A stretch of DNA of 64,000 nucleotides. It comes from a virus (lineage: Duplodnaviria > Caudoviricetes). The translations under genes and the position numbers were made by a program. The stretch covers positions 84,992 to 148,991 of IMG/VR virus record IMGVR_UViG_3300001594_000003; one strand, written 5' to 3'. Shown in pieces: positions 38,381 through 47,399 of the stretch. Position 1 is the stretch's first letter. Each line of letters opens with the position of its first letter. The notes below the pieces were generated by a model, which saw nothing but the letters and a program-made list of their open reading frames with translations, did no database searches and was not told where the DNA came from.

Positions 38381-38404
38381 AAAAAGGGAGCACTTGGCTC
38401 CCTA
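38381..38404 (-). terminator. intrinsic terminator
   Basis: AGGGAGC-CAAGT-GCTCCCT-TTTT. Confidence 0.85.
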
Positions 38405-38407
38405 TAG

Positions 38408-38644
38408 TCAGCTTCGGTTCAGTTGGTGATATCGGCGCTCTGCGGCTCGCTCTTGTACGAGTACATACAGCGTATACGCGATGGCGATTGGAGGTAAGAC
38501 GAAAGCCAGTACACCAAGCATAATGTGATGCTTGTTGAGCATGAACATGCAACCCGCGATCCACGAAGCTGCAACCACGCACCCGAACAAAAACAGAAGC
38601 ATCACACTGATGCAACTGAAACCCAGAAGTAGTAACTGCTCCAT
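38408..38644 (-). CDS. small membrane protein
   Basis: two hydrophobic segments; AGGAG RBS. Confidence 0.6.
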   Translation of the reverse strand: MEQLLLLGFSCISVMLLFLFGCVVAASWIAGCMFMLNKHHIMLGVLAFVLPPIAIAYTLYVLVQERAAERRYHQLNRS

Positions 38645-38645
38645 T

Positions 38646-39257
38646 TTAGACTCCTAGCTCCAAATCTTTTCTAGCTTGAAAACGGGCTTCCTCTTGTTTC
38701 AACGAATTGCCGTTTTCTACCCAAGGCACGAAGCCGGTCTGATCGCTCCAGTTCGCGTAGATTTCTTTGGCTCGCACTTCGATGCGCGGATCAACAGGGT
38801 GCATTGATACTTCACAACACAGGTTGTGCTCGAATGCGTTGGTGCGGTCAGGACGTTTGCGCAGGTGATCCGCTTTGAACCCGTTGTTCGACAGATACAC
38901 CATTGCGCGTCGAGACAAGTCATTGCCAGGATTGGCTTTATCCAGCTTGCGAGCCAGTTCACGTATCAGAGGTGCCATGTTATCGACTTGGGTCTCGCGC
39001 TTCTGTAGACGACGCGACAACCAACGAATGCGAGACTTGGCAGCAGTTAACCAAACGATAGGCATCTTTGCTACGCCGGCTATGACCTGTTCAATAGGTG
39101 GTGTCTCGTTACCGTGCATGAACACGCCGTTGGCCAATTGATCGTCGGTCAGATCGCCCATATCGAGTTCGTGCCGTTCGCAGTCGTAACGACCAGCGTG
39201 AGGATCAGGTTCGCCGTTCTCGTACCAAGTAGACGATGGAGTTGTTGGTTTCATCAT
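38646..39257 (-). CDS. hypothetical phage protein
   Basis: ATGA-coupled to the DHFR gene. Confidence 0.65.
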   Translation of the reverse strand: MMKPTTPSSTWYENGEPDPHAGRYDCERHELDMGDLTDDQLANGVFMHGNETPPIEQVIAGVAKMPIVWLTAAKSRIRWLSRRLQKRETQVDNMAPLIRELARKLDKANPGNDLSRRAMVYLSNNGFKADHLRKRPDRTNAFEHNLCCEVSMHPVDPRIEVRAKEIYANWSDQTGFVPWVENGNSLKQEEARFQARKDLELGV

Positions 39258-39757
39258 GGCAACCTCAGATAGTGCAGCACCGTGAAATCTTCGTTTCGAT
39301 GGTCTGTCATGTGCTGTGTGAACGTGGTCGGAATTGGTGGAAGTCGCGTATCGCCTTCACACTCAAACGGGAACCTACTTATGATCAACTCATCCGCGTA
39401 CTCGTATCCGAGCTTGAATACAGACGCTCCACCGATGATGAATACCTGTCCAGTCGTCGTTACGCTGGAGGCATCCCGCAGAAGTTGCGCAAGAGAATTA
39501 CCACATGCGACTCCAGGATACTTGCTCTGAAACGTGTCAACTTCATGGGTCAATACAAACGGCTTACGGTCAAACCATACGCTGCTTGGCATAGACTCAA
39601 AGGTCTTTCTTCCCATAACGAGAGGGCTGTTGGCGGTGGTGCGCTTGAAGTGCTGCAACTCGGAAGGCACGCGCCACGGTAACTTATCGTCGTGGCCTAT
39701 AACACCATTGTTTGCCGCTGCTGCGATCTGGACAATGCGTGCGCTAAAACGTCCCAT
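39254..39757 (-). CDS. folA: dihydrofolate reductase
   Basis: NGVIG...LPW, MGRKTFES and IIGG motifs; AAGGAG RBS before ATG 39757. Confidence 0.93.
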   Translation of the reverse strand: MGRFSARIVQIAAAANNGVIGHDDKLPWRVPSELQHFKRTTANSPLVMGRKTFESMPSSVWFDRKPFVLTHEVDTFQSKYPGVACGNSLAQLLRDASSVTTTGQVFIIGGASVFKLGYEYADELIISRFPFECEGDTRLPPIPTTFTQHMTDHRNEDFTVLHYLRLP

Positions 39758-40199
39758 CAGGTAACTCCTTGACAGCTTTGCGTAGTGCCATGAAGCCAAG
39801 TTCAAACTGAGTATTGGCTATGTTTACCAAGCGCTTGTCGTGAATGTTTCGACCAAGTTCGATAAGATCGAACATGCTGCGAGCCAGTGCCTCCAGCATT
39901 CGATCAAACTCCTCCTCCATAGAGAAGGTAGCCGCCTTTATGGCATCAGGATAAATCAGAACTGCAAAGCGCTGAGCACCTAGCGTGAAGCTCACTTCAA
40001 GGGTAATCGAGTCCTTTGAAGTACGCACACCACCGACGTTGAAGTCACTTCCGTAACGGTCGTCAAGCGTCTCGTTTAGGTGCGCTGTCATTTCACGATA
40101 CAAGGTATCGTCCATGGGTTGATACGCAAACTTTTGCAGTTGCGCAGCTAACAGCTTTTCCATGAACGCTATGTTTGGCAGAAAACTAAATTGCATCAT
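39744..40199 (-). CDS. hypothetical protein
   Basis: C-terminal IANTQFELGFMALRKAV resembles small helical phage proteins. Confidence 0.6.
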   Translation of the reverse strand: MMQFSFLPNIAFMEKLLAAQLQKFAYQPMDDTLYREMTAHLNETLDDRYGSDFNVGGVRTSKDSITLEVSFTLGAQRFAVLIYPDAIKAATFSMEEEFDRMLEALARSMFDLIELGRNIHDKRLVNIANTQFELGFMALRKAVKELPDGTF

Positions 40200-40211
40200 A
40201 GGAAAATTTCC

Positions 40212-40598
40212 TCAGGAATCGGCTACACCATCCAGACACATATCGCCGCGCTGTAGTGACTTGTTCAGGGTTTCGGCAAACGCCTTGCCGGTTGCTTCCA
40301 GTTTGCCCACGGGCACTGCGCAGGCGTAGATTGCCAGACCAATGCGCGGATCGCCGTGGTATGCGTTCTTAGGCGCTACGATGTTGCCAGGTAACACGTG
40401 GCGACCACGCTTGTCGATCCCCAGCTGGGAACTCACGGCGACCAACTCAATCTGGGCATCTTCGTTGACACGCAGTACCACGAACGTATCCACGAAAGTC
40501 TGACCGTTCAGCTGGCGCAATCCCTTAGGTTGGTACCAGGTGATCCTGCGACTAGCTCGGCGACCACACAGCGTAGTGCGGTAGCGTTCTCGTTTCAT
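40212..40598 (-). CDS. hypothetical protein
   Basis: AAGGAG RBS. Confidence 0.6.
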   Translation of the reverse strand: MKRERYRTTLCGRRASRRITWYQPKGLRQLNGQTFVDTFVVLRVNEDAQIELVAVSSQLGIDKRGRHVLPGNIVAPKNAYHGDPRIGLAIYACAVPVGKLEATGKAFAETLNKSLQRGDMCLDGVADS

Positions 40599-40734
40599 TT
40601 CTGTCTCCTTTGCTTGCGCGCCTTGGCCTTTTCACCTTTTGACCTGCGACGCGGAGCATACGGGTCTTCTGTTTCGGGCTGAGGTTGCGCTATGCACTTG
40701 GCAAGCGCCAGCGCGCTCAGCTTCATCATGAGCT

Positions 40735-41730
40735 TCATCCCATGAGAATCCAGTCGAGCGAGACAACCTCGTCGATACGGCTGGCTACGGTTTCGTCCAT
40801 GTTGATACGAAATTCACCCTTGTCCATGAGCACCTCTACCTCGAACGACTGGTCTTGTGAACCACTAATGGCTGACATCGGGAATATCAGGTGCAGTACA
40901 CAGTTGCGAGATTCCGCCCAAAAGAAGCGCGCCGCGGCAGGCGAAAGCATGTGGGCCTCGACGAAGTGTCTGGTGACATCGGCAGCTCGTTGTTGCAGAG
41001 CAAACCAGAAACTTAGGTCGAAGCCGCTGCCCTTATCGCTGTGGTTGCGTGCGTACTTACTGACTTCGTGCAGTACGGTAGCCACAAAAACCAAGTCCGG
41101 AAGAACACCGCCGCGAGCAGTACGATTGCCCCAGATTACCGGTCCGTGAATTGACACAGGCCCGACGTAGTTCATGCCGTTAGCTGCGATTTGGTCGCGC
41201 ATGGCTGCCGGCTGTGGTCGCTTCCAATCGAGCTTGGCGCGGCTGAGTGCAGCGTCGGTTTTCGCACCAGCCAAAGCACCACCAACTTCAACCAACACGG
41301 AACGGATCACTTCTGCTGTCTGGTCCACGAAAACGTCATTCGCGTTGACGTAGTACCACAGGCCTTCACTCTGTTTCAAGCTGGCGTTCGTGGTGACGTT
41401 GATCTTGAGTGGTGGGAATTTCGGCGTGTTGGCATCGCACTCCTGTTCAACGATCACCGGCATGCTTGGCTTCTGCTTGGTTGCGGGATCATGCAAGGTT
41501 GTCGATTTCAGCACTGGGACAGTACCCCACTCGCCGTCGCTTGGTCGCATGCGGTCGAGGAAGTTGTCGAGCGGTTTGCTCCACTTCTTCCCGTTGCTGC
41601 CGATATAGCTGACGGTGACTGGATATTCTTCCCTACGTTCAGGCTCTGCGTGCTCGTTGGTGATATCGTACACAATGTATTCGTTACCGTTGTGGTGCTT
41701 CCACTTGGAGCCAATCACTGGGATATTCAT
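40735..41730 (-). CDS. DUF1653-like N-domain fused to a tail-sheath-C-like segment
   Basis: W.HHNGNEY.V...VSY...W.KPL..F; NGMN...G.VIWGNRT. Confidence 0.55.
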   Translation of the reverse strand: MNIPVIGSKWKHHNGNEYIVYDITNEHAEPERREEYPVTVSYIGSNGKKWSKPLDNFLDRMRPSDGEWGTVPVLKSTTLHDPATKQKPSMPVIVEQECDANTPKFPPLKINVTTNASLKQSEGLWYYVNANDVFVDQTAEVIRSVLVEVGGALAGAKTDAALSRAKLDWKRPQPAAMRDQIAANGMNYVGPVSIHGPVIWGNRTARGGVLPDLVFVATVLHEVSKYARNHSDKGSGFDLSFWFALQQRAADVTRHFVEAHMLSPAAARFFWAESRNCVLHLIFPMSAISGSQDQSFEVEVLMDKGEFRINMDETVASRIDEVVSLDWILMG

Positions 41731-41732
41731 TC

Positions 41733-42122
41733 TTACTTGATTCCTTTAACGATTGCGTAGGCTCGAACGCCACTATACATAGCGTGTCGTTTCCACTTCG
41801 GTACCTTGAGTACCTCCATGGCTTCTAGGAATATCCGGTCGCATTCCTTGCGAGTGAGTGTTACCACTTCACCGTTACGAATCATGGTGCGATGTACACA
41901 CAGGTAATCGTGGACTACAGCAGCCTTACCGTAAATTCCCGTGGGCGGTACAATGCGCCACAGAAACTTTGGAGTGCTAGCGAAGTCTGTAACGAAGCCT
42001 ACCGGAACTTCAACCCAGCATTCACTACCAAGTTCACCCTCATAGTAGATGAACGGTTCGTGTATGCGAAAGTTTATACCATCCAAATCTTCGATTATTA
42101 ATCTTGTAGTGAAGCTGCTCAT
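41733..42122 (-). CDS. DUF1353-family protein
   Basis: VPVGFVTDFAS.P, AAVVHDYL and D.IFLEAM. Confidence 0.88.
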   Translation of the reverse strand: MSSFTTRLIIEDLDGINFRIHEPFIYYEGELGSECWVEVPVGFVTDFASTPKFLWRIVPPTGIYGKAAVVHDYLCVHRTMIRNGEVVTLTRKECDRIFLEAMEVLKVPKWKRHAMYSGVRAYAIVKGIK

Positions 42123-42745
42123 TCAAAGAACCCCAACAGTCGGCTATAGATACCAACATCGCGCGTAACGCGACCTGCCCACCCGTAGTAAAACTCCTCG
42201 TCTTTGACTCGGCGGCGAGTCAGATCGAGATAGTGATGGCCTTGCTCGCAAAGCAGCGTACATAGAAGGCGGTGGATGCCCTCTACTTTACGAATGCGAA
42301 TGAAGGCATCTAGCGCTTTGAGTGTGTTTGGTCCAAGCCCACCGTCAACAACTAAATCAGGGTACAGCTTGGCTCGATTGTTGTTGGCGTTGAGTATGTA
42401 TTGCAGGTATATAACTGCCTGCGTCACGCCCATGTTGATAGCCATATCAAAAACCTTATCGGCTATCAGTTGGTGACGCTTCAATAGCTCGTCGCCGTTA
42501 ATGCGATTCCAGAAGTGCGTCTCGTAAAGCCAAAACGCCATCTCTTTGGTAAGATTGATCATCTTACCGTTCCAGTTGAAGTGTTTCTCCAACTTGTCTT
42601 TGTAGTCGTTCGCAAGGGCAGCAGTGATACCGTGATTGGTTTCACCGCCGCTATCTTTCTTGTTGTTTACATAACCGCCTTCAACGTTGGTTTTGTCTTC
42701 GATGATGGATCGGCAGTTGTATTGACTCAGCGTAATAGGTGACAT
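42119..42745 (-). CDS. endolysin, glycoside hydrolase family 108 with peptidoglycan-binding domain
   Basis: EGGYVN...D.GGETNHGIT, FD.AINMG, VDG.LGP.TL and F.YGW. Confidence 0.9.
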   Translation of the reverse strand: MSPITLSQYNCRSIIEDKTNVEGGYVNNKKDSGGETNHGITAALANDYKDKLEKHFNWNGKMINLTKEMAFWLYETHFWNRINGDELLKRHQLIADKVFDMAINMGVTQAVIYLQYILNANNNRAKLYPDLVVDGGLGPNTLKALDAFIRIRKVEGIHRLLCTLLCEQGHHYLDLTRRRVKDEEFYYGWAGRVTRDVGIYSRLLGFFE

Positions 42746-42754
42746 AGGAGAACC

Positions 42755-42788
42755 TCTAGGTGAAATGCAAAATCGCCCTTCACCTAGA
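42755..42788 (-). promoter_or_regulatory. 10-bp hairpin overlapping the endolysin RBS
   Basis: TCTAGGTGAA/TTCACCTAGA inverted repeat next to GAGG and the ATG. Confidence 0.6.
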
Positions 42789-42818
42789 AATTACAGCTTA
42801 TCTACACCAGTACACCCA

Positions 42819-43037
42819 TCATATAGAAATCGTACCTGCTTCGTAATAGACCTGATCGTTCGGATACTTGACGGCTTCTTCGGATACGCACCGCTTAGCC
42901 GCGTCTTCATCCTCGAGTTCAAACAAAACTTCTCTGGTTATGTCAGGTTCTTTTATGAGTTCGTTGAAGAAGTCGTATTCCCTGTACACAATGAAGCCAT
43001 CAACTTTCATAAACTCTGGCATCGGACACCTCGCCAA
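42819..43037 (-). CDS. hypothetical protein
   Basis: packed ORF. Confidence 0.5.
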   Translation of the reverse strand: MARCPMPEFMKVDGFIVYREYDFFNELIKEPDITREVLFELEDEDAAKRCVSEEAVKYPNDQVYYEAGTISI

Positions 43038-43392
43038 ACTCTAGGGTTAACGTATACTCACCGGTGCGCGTGTCGAGTTGTGGTACCGACAAGGGGTAGC
43101 AGCCTTTGAACAGGTGACGCTCTACTCGCTCAAATTGCTGACGCATCCACTTCTTTCCGTGGCGGCGTTTGCGAAAGTAGCGAGTGACCGACAGGGATTC
43201 ACCGTTCATTTCAACGCGAACAAACTTGTTGAGGTTTGAATCTACCCAGATGCGCATGATACCGCTGCGGAACAGTGGTGTTTCCAATTCAACGTCGCGC
43301 TTGTATTCCTCAACATCCGCAGGCTTCTCACAAAGCTCCAACCACTCTTTCATCATTGGAGTCATAACTAGCTCACCGTAACGTCGAGGCAA
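43000..43392 (-). CDS. hypothetical protein
   Basis: packed ORF. Confidence 0.55.
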   Translation of the reverse strand: MPRRYGELVMTPMMKEWLELCEKPADVEEYKRDVELETPLFRSGIMRIWVDSNLNKFVRVEMNGESLSVTRYFRKRRHGKKWMRQQFERVERHLFKGCYPLSVPQLDTRTGEYTLTLEFGEVSDARVYES

Positions 43393-43640
43393 ACTGGAGT
43401 AGTCTGACCTTCGCAGACTCGCGCGATAAAGTCTTTAGCGCTGGTACCGATCATGAAGACGGTGTGAAGGAGTTCCATTGGAACGTCATCGATGTTGCGA
43501 ACACGATACACAGCGGAACAGCGCAGACTGTACAGCCAGTAGTCGAACTCCTTCTCGTCTTCCTCAGAAAGGAAGATTGAGCCAATTATTGCCTGATGAA
43601 TCCTTATGTCGCCAACTCGATGTGTCAAAGACGATACCAT
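43368..43640 (-). CDS. hypothetical protein
   Basis: packed ORF. Confidence 0.45.
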   Translation of the reverse strand: MVSSLTHRVGDIRIHQAIIGSIFLSEEDEKEFDYWLYSLRCSAVYRVRNIDDVPMELLHTVFMIGTSAKDFIARVCEGQTTPVCLDVTVS

Positions 43641-44202
43641 TTTCTACTTCCTTCTTACTGCACCAGCGCTCTACGCGCTGTCTATGGTGTTGATTGGATA
43701 GGTTGTACACGGGTACGTTGTACAGCGAGGCCACGTTGATGGCAATGCCCGTACCGCCTGTCTTGTTAATGTCGTAGTCGTCGATCGAGGTTGCACCATC
43801 TGGTGTCCAGCAGATCACAAACTTACTCAGGACTATATCGTCTTTGTTCTTGCAGCGACCGAGAACTTGAAACACGTTGCGCCTAAAGAAGGCTAACGTT
43901 GCACGCTTAAGGTTACCGATATCGTATGGGAATGCTTTTTCAAGCACACTGTCTGCGAAACGGAGCTCTCCCGGTCCGTAGTCCCACTCGCCTTGTTTGT
44001 GTCGAAAGTTGCACCACGGCAAATACGCGATCAACCCATCATTGGCTTCTGCCGTTTCGTCTGCGCCGGCAGCACCGCCTGAGCGCGGACGTCTGTTCTG
44101 CAACGCTGCGAAACGGGTCATCAGCATTAGAATATCTTCTGGTGTATTACGACTGCCAACGTGTGTGTAGTATTCCGTAACTACGCTAGGCATTCTTACC
44201 AC
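43564..44202 (-). CDS. DprA/Smf-like (SLOG superfamily) protein
   Basis: VGSR.TP, RSGGA.GAD, RNV.QVLG, ICWT.DG and GGTG.AI. Confidence 0.8.
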   Translation of the reverse strand: MVRMPSVVTEYYTHVGSRNTPEDILMLMTRFAALQNRRPRSGGAAGADETAEANDGLIAYLPWCNFRHKQGEWDYGPGELRFADSVLEKAFPYDIGNLKRATLAFFRRNVFQVLGRCKNKDDIVLSKFVICWTPDGATSIDDYDINKTGGTGIAINVASLYNVPVYNLSNQHHRQRVERWCSKKEVENGIVFDTSSWRHKDSSGNNWLNLPF

Positions 44203-44258
44203 CTCGCTTCACCATCACCAAGTTGTATTTACCTGCATAACCAAGATTAGTCACGACA

Positions 44259-44975
44259 TTACTCCATCGCGTTGTGCATGAGTTCGACATAAGCGCTCAT
44301 GGCTTTGTTGGACCGCTCGATACCATCTGCCCAGATCAGTTTGGCTGAATCAGTGAACAGGTCGACACTCTCGATGAACTTGAATCGCATGTCCAGCCAA
44401 GTCTTACGATCTGGAAGATGGCCAAACTTGTGGACCATTTCACTACGCAACCCTTCCATGATGATGCGAACACCATCCACTTCGAGAGAGTAGAGCATGT
44501 CCACGTCCCGAATTATTTGCTCGTCCAAGTGCTCAGGTTCCAGAATGAATGGGAACTGCGTGACTTGGATGACTCGTTCTACATGGTGTGCAAAGCCTTC
44601 ATAGAACTGACTGTCCAGACTGCCTGCAATGTTGTCGAGTGCGGCCAAGGCACGTTCGATGTTTACGTCATCATCTTCGGCGCCGCCGGAGTGATTCATA
44701 TCGTGCAGCATACCTGCGACGAACAGGATTTCTTCTTGGTTGGGAAACTCGTACTTGTCTGCGCTGACTTCCATGTGCAACAACTCAACACCACGCACAG
44801 CAACCGTCATCATGTGATGATTGTTGTGATAAGTATTGATGGCCCCCGAATTGTTGTCGAGAACATACTGCCAAACATTCTCCAGTCGGAAACGCCGCAA
44901 GTAGTTCTTGAACGTGGACTGCAAGCGAAGATTGGCGGAACGCTCTGGATATGTGACGAGGTTAAGCTGCTGCAT
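44259..44975 (-). CDS. HD-domain phosphohydrolase (PDE-like)
   Basis: YHNNHH, LHDMNH and IRDVD motifs. Confidence 0.85.
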   Translation of the reverse strand: MQQLNLVTYPERSANLRLQSTFKNYLRRFRLENVWQYVLDNNSGAINTYHNNHHMMTVAVRGVELLHMEVSADKYEFPNQEEILFVAGMLHDMNHSGGAEDDDVNIERALAALDNIAGSLDSQFYEGFAHHVERVIQVTQFPFILEPEHLDEQIIRDVDMLYSLEVDGVRIIMEGLRSEMVHKFGHLPDRKTWLDMRFKFIESVDLFTDSAKLIWADGIERSNKAMSAYVELMHNAME

Positions 44976-45516
44976 AACGGGTTTCCTTTTTGCAATACAA
45001 TAGGGTGAAGGGGATTATTCGTGTGGCAACGTCGCGTGCGAACTTCGGCACTTCGCGTCGTGTGTACGTGCACCGAACAGGTCGGGCTCGTTGCGCCCAT
45101 TCGGTAAACTTGATCTTCAAGTATCGACGATAAGCCTTGTGCGCGTCTTTACTGCGCAGGTGTTCAGGCATCGCTTGTGCGAATGCGGTTAGCCCTAGTT
45201 CTGGCATTGTCGGTACAACGCGCAGTGCCTCTAGGTACGTCCCAGTTAGATGCTTCTTCTGGAACCTGTACTCGTACTCGACAAGCATGGCTTCCAACAT
45301 ATCGAAAGCCCAGCGATAGTTGGAGGCGGACTCACGAATCCACACGCCGCATGGGTGGTTGTGGTGAGTCTTCTTATACGCCACCTGAACGCCATCGCAC
45401 ACCACATGAGAGGTGGACAGCAACTGGGCTGTTTCCACAATCATTTTTCGGATATGGACGTCACAATGCTGTCTAGCAGACTTCACAGGACACTTACTGG
45501 TAGCAAAGATATTCAC
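44962..45516 (-). CDS. pyrimidine-dimer DNA glycosylase (DenV-like) family protein
   Basis: NIF...HCD.H..KM..ETAQLLST, YK.TH.NHPC and QAMP; GTG start at 45516. Confidence 0.8.
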   Translation of the reverse strand: MNIFATSKCPVKSARQHCDVHIRKMIVETAQLLSTSHVVCDGVQVAYKKTHHNHPCGVWIRESASNYRWAFDMLEAMLVEYEYRFQKKHLTGTYLEALRVVPTMPELGLTAFAQAMPEHLRSKDAHKAYRRYLKIKFTEWAQRARPVRCTYTRREVPKFARDVATRIIPFTLLYCKKETRYAAA

Positions 45517-46434
45517 TACACCAATTCTCCAGAACTTGATCTGTGTAAACATCGGACCACATTGACTTAACGGTATATCCAATCAGCTCGGTCAAAACTT
45601 CGAATCTAGGAAACTTATTACGGGCTGCTTTAAACTTTCTTGGGTTTTCACCGAAATCCAACATGGACTGCGGTTTTATCTCTACCACAAGATCAAACTC
45701 TGGTAGATAAAAATCGGGATAGTAAACGCGGCGTTTGCCCACGCCATCAATGTAGGGTACAGCAAACTCAGTGTTCTCTGCGGAAAGTACGTCTATGTAG
45801 TATCGTCTACAGAAACGTAGGAACATATATTCATAGGAGCTTCTATAGTACAGGCCTCTGAAATAACCAGAACAACTGTTGAACACCTTACTAACGTACA
45901 CGGAACGATCTACGTTCGGGTTGCTAAAATACGCTCTCAAACTTTTAGACAGTTTACGTTTGGTTTTTCGGTATGGTTCAAAGTACCATTTTTGCGTTTT
46001 GCCCTAATGATGTTTTCTTGTTGGCCGTCTACTCTTGGATAGCTGCGCCCTTTAATTAAGGCACTCATTTGTTCTTTATGGTCGCTCGTATGCCCATAGT
46101 TATCAACACCGAAACGTTCGAGCATGGTAGCTTTACGTTTTGCTTCTTTGGCTATCTGATTGGTCTTCGCTATTCGGTTTGCAATCTCTTCTTCGGATTG
46201 CTTACGGCCTACGTGGACAGACTTCATTAACTCTTTGAACTCTGGAGATTCCATCCTACATTTGTTCGAACAGAAGCGACGATAAACTGTTTTACACGGA
46301 GTACCACAACCACTCTCGCAGTATCTAATACGTTTTGGTGTATTTATGGATCGATGTACGCCTCTGCACTTTTGAGAGCAAAAAGTACGTCGTTCATTCT
46401 TACATAGGCCGCCGCATTGCAAGCAATTAGACAT
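45494..46434 (-). mobile_element. free-standing homing endonuclease (Zn-ribbon and NUMOD3 plus TnsA-like PD-(D/E)XK), split by a 1-nt frameshift
   Basis: FCS.KC repeats and NUMOD3-like motifs in 45937..46434; YRSSYE, YYPDF and VEIKP in 45494..45940; AT-rich. Confidence 0.7.
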
Positions 46435-46496
46435 ATCGAAAATCTCTTGCGCATACAGTCTTTTACAGTATCGATTGAAAGCCGCAGAGACGACAA

Positions 46497-46514
46497 TACC
46501 GCCCGAAGGCGGTA
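46497..46514 (-). terminator. stem-loop, possible weak terminator
   Basis: TACCGCC-TTCG-GGCGGTA with a poor U-tail. Confidence 0.45.
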
Positions 46515-46525
46515 CTGACGCTATG

Positions 46526-46894
46526 TCAAAAACGTATGTTGCTGGTTACGATCGGTTTGGCATCCATTATGAGTTCACACGTTTGGCCTGATTGAATCTG
46601 GCAATTCGTGATCATAGTGGCTATGCGCTCTTCTGTCGTGGAAGGCTTAGCGATGCTCTGTATTGAGATAACCGCTGCGGCCATGAGTGTAGTGAAGGCT
46701 ACAATCATGCACCACATTCCTGCAACCATGAACTGATTCCAACCGCTATTGTTGGCAGTCAGAAACCAACGTCGAACCACGAACAGCGTTTTGCAATATT
46801 TTCGTTTGAGCTTCCTGCCGTTGCAAGGACCGGACAACCCATGCACGCATCTTGGTACTTCTAATTCTACTGTTGGTATTTGCATCGAAGTCAT
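46526..46894 (-). CDS. membrane protein
   Basis: central TM segment. Confidence 0.55.
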   Translation of the reverse strand: MTSMQIPTVELEVPRCVHGLSGPCNGRKLKRKYCKTLFVVRRWFLTANNSGWNQFMVAGMWCMIVAFTTLMAAAVISIQSIAKPSTTEERIATMITNCQIQSGQTCELIMDAKPIVTSNIRF

Positions 46895-46951
46895 AGCAAT
46901 GTCCTTGCTCCATAAAATATATCCAGTATAACCATGTTAGTGACCGAGCCT

Positions 46952-47206
46952 CTATTGTTGAGGCTCAGCTTCTTGCTTTGGTACGTACACAGTTTGCTGA
47001 ACGCAAGGCATGCCGTGTTGCTTTTCGCACACCTTCTTTTCTGTGTACTGAATGTAGAACGTGTGTATAGGTATGACAATCATCCCAGTTACTGCGAGAG
47101 CTAAGGCAACACTTATACAGAACCAAGTTACGATTGCCTCAATTCGCGTATAGCCGTTACGGTTTCTTTTTAAAAACCAAGCGCGCGAGTTAGTTGGACG
47201 GATCAT
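46952..47206 (-). CDS. small membrane protein
   Basis: single TM segment. Confidence 0.55.
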   Translation of the reverse strand: MIRPTNSRAWFLKRNRNGYTRIEAIVTWFCISVALALAVTGMIVIPIHTFYIQYTEKKVCEKQHGMPCVQQTVYVPKQEAEPQQ

Positions 47207-47399
47207 GCTGGGCGTCCCCTATCGCCAACTTGGCAACGTGCAGAAGCGTACAACGCCGACAGGTTTCATCGACTCGACCATCGATCACGAAGGCAAAGTT
47301 GTTGGAGTCGTATTGTTCCCCACAACTGTGTCGGCTGTGCTCCGGTTCGATCTTGTCAATGTATTCGATAGTAGCTCGACTAACTCTAGGCATCGGCAT
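47190..47399 (-). CDS. hypothetical protein
   Basis: H.R.SC...CRRC motif. Confidence 0.55.
   Translation of the reverse strand: MPMPRVSRATIEYIDKIEPEHSRHSCGEQYDSNNFAFVIDGRVDETCRRCTLLHVAKLAIGDAQHDPSN

Noticed and set aside
32200-38404. CRISPR array or IS ends
   Set aside because: The repeats are long, kilobases apart and contain promoters; there are no spacers, cas genes or transposase.
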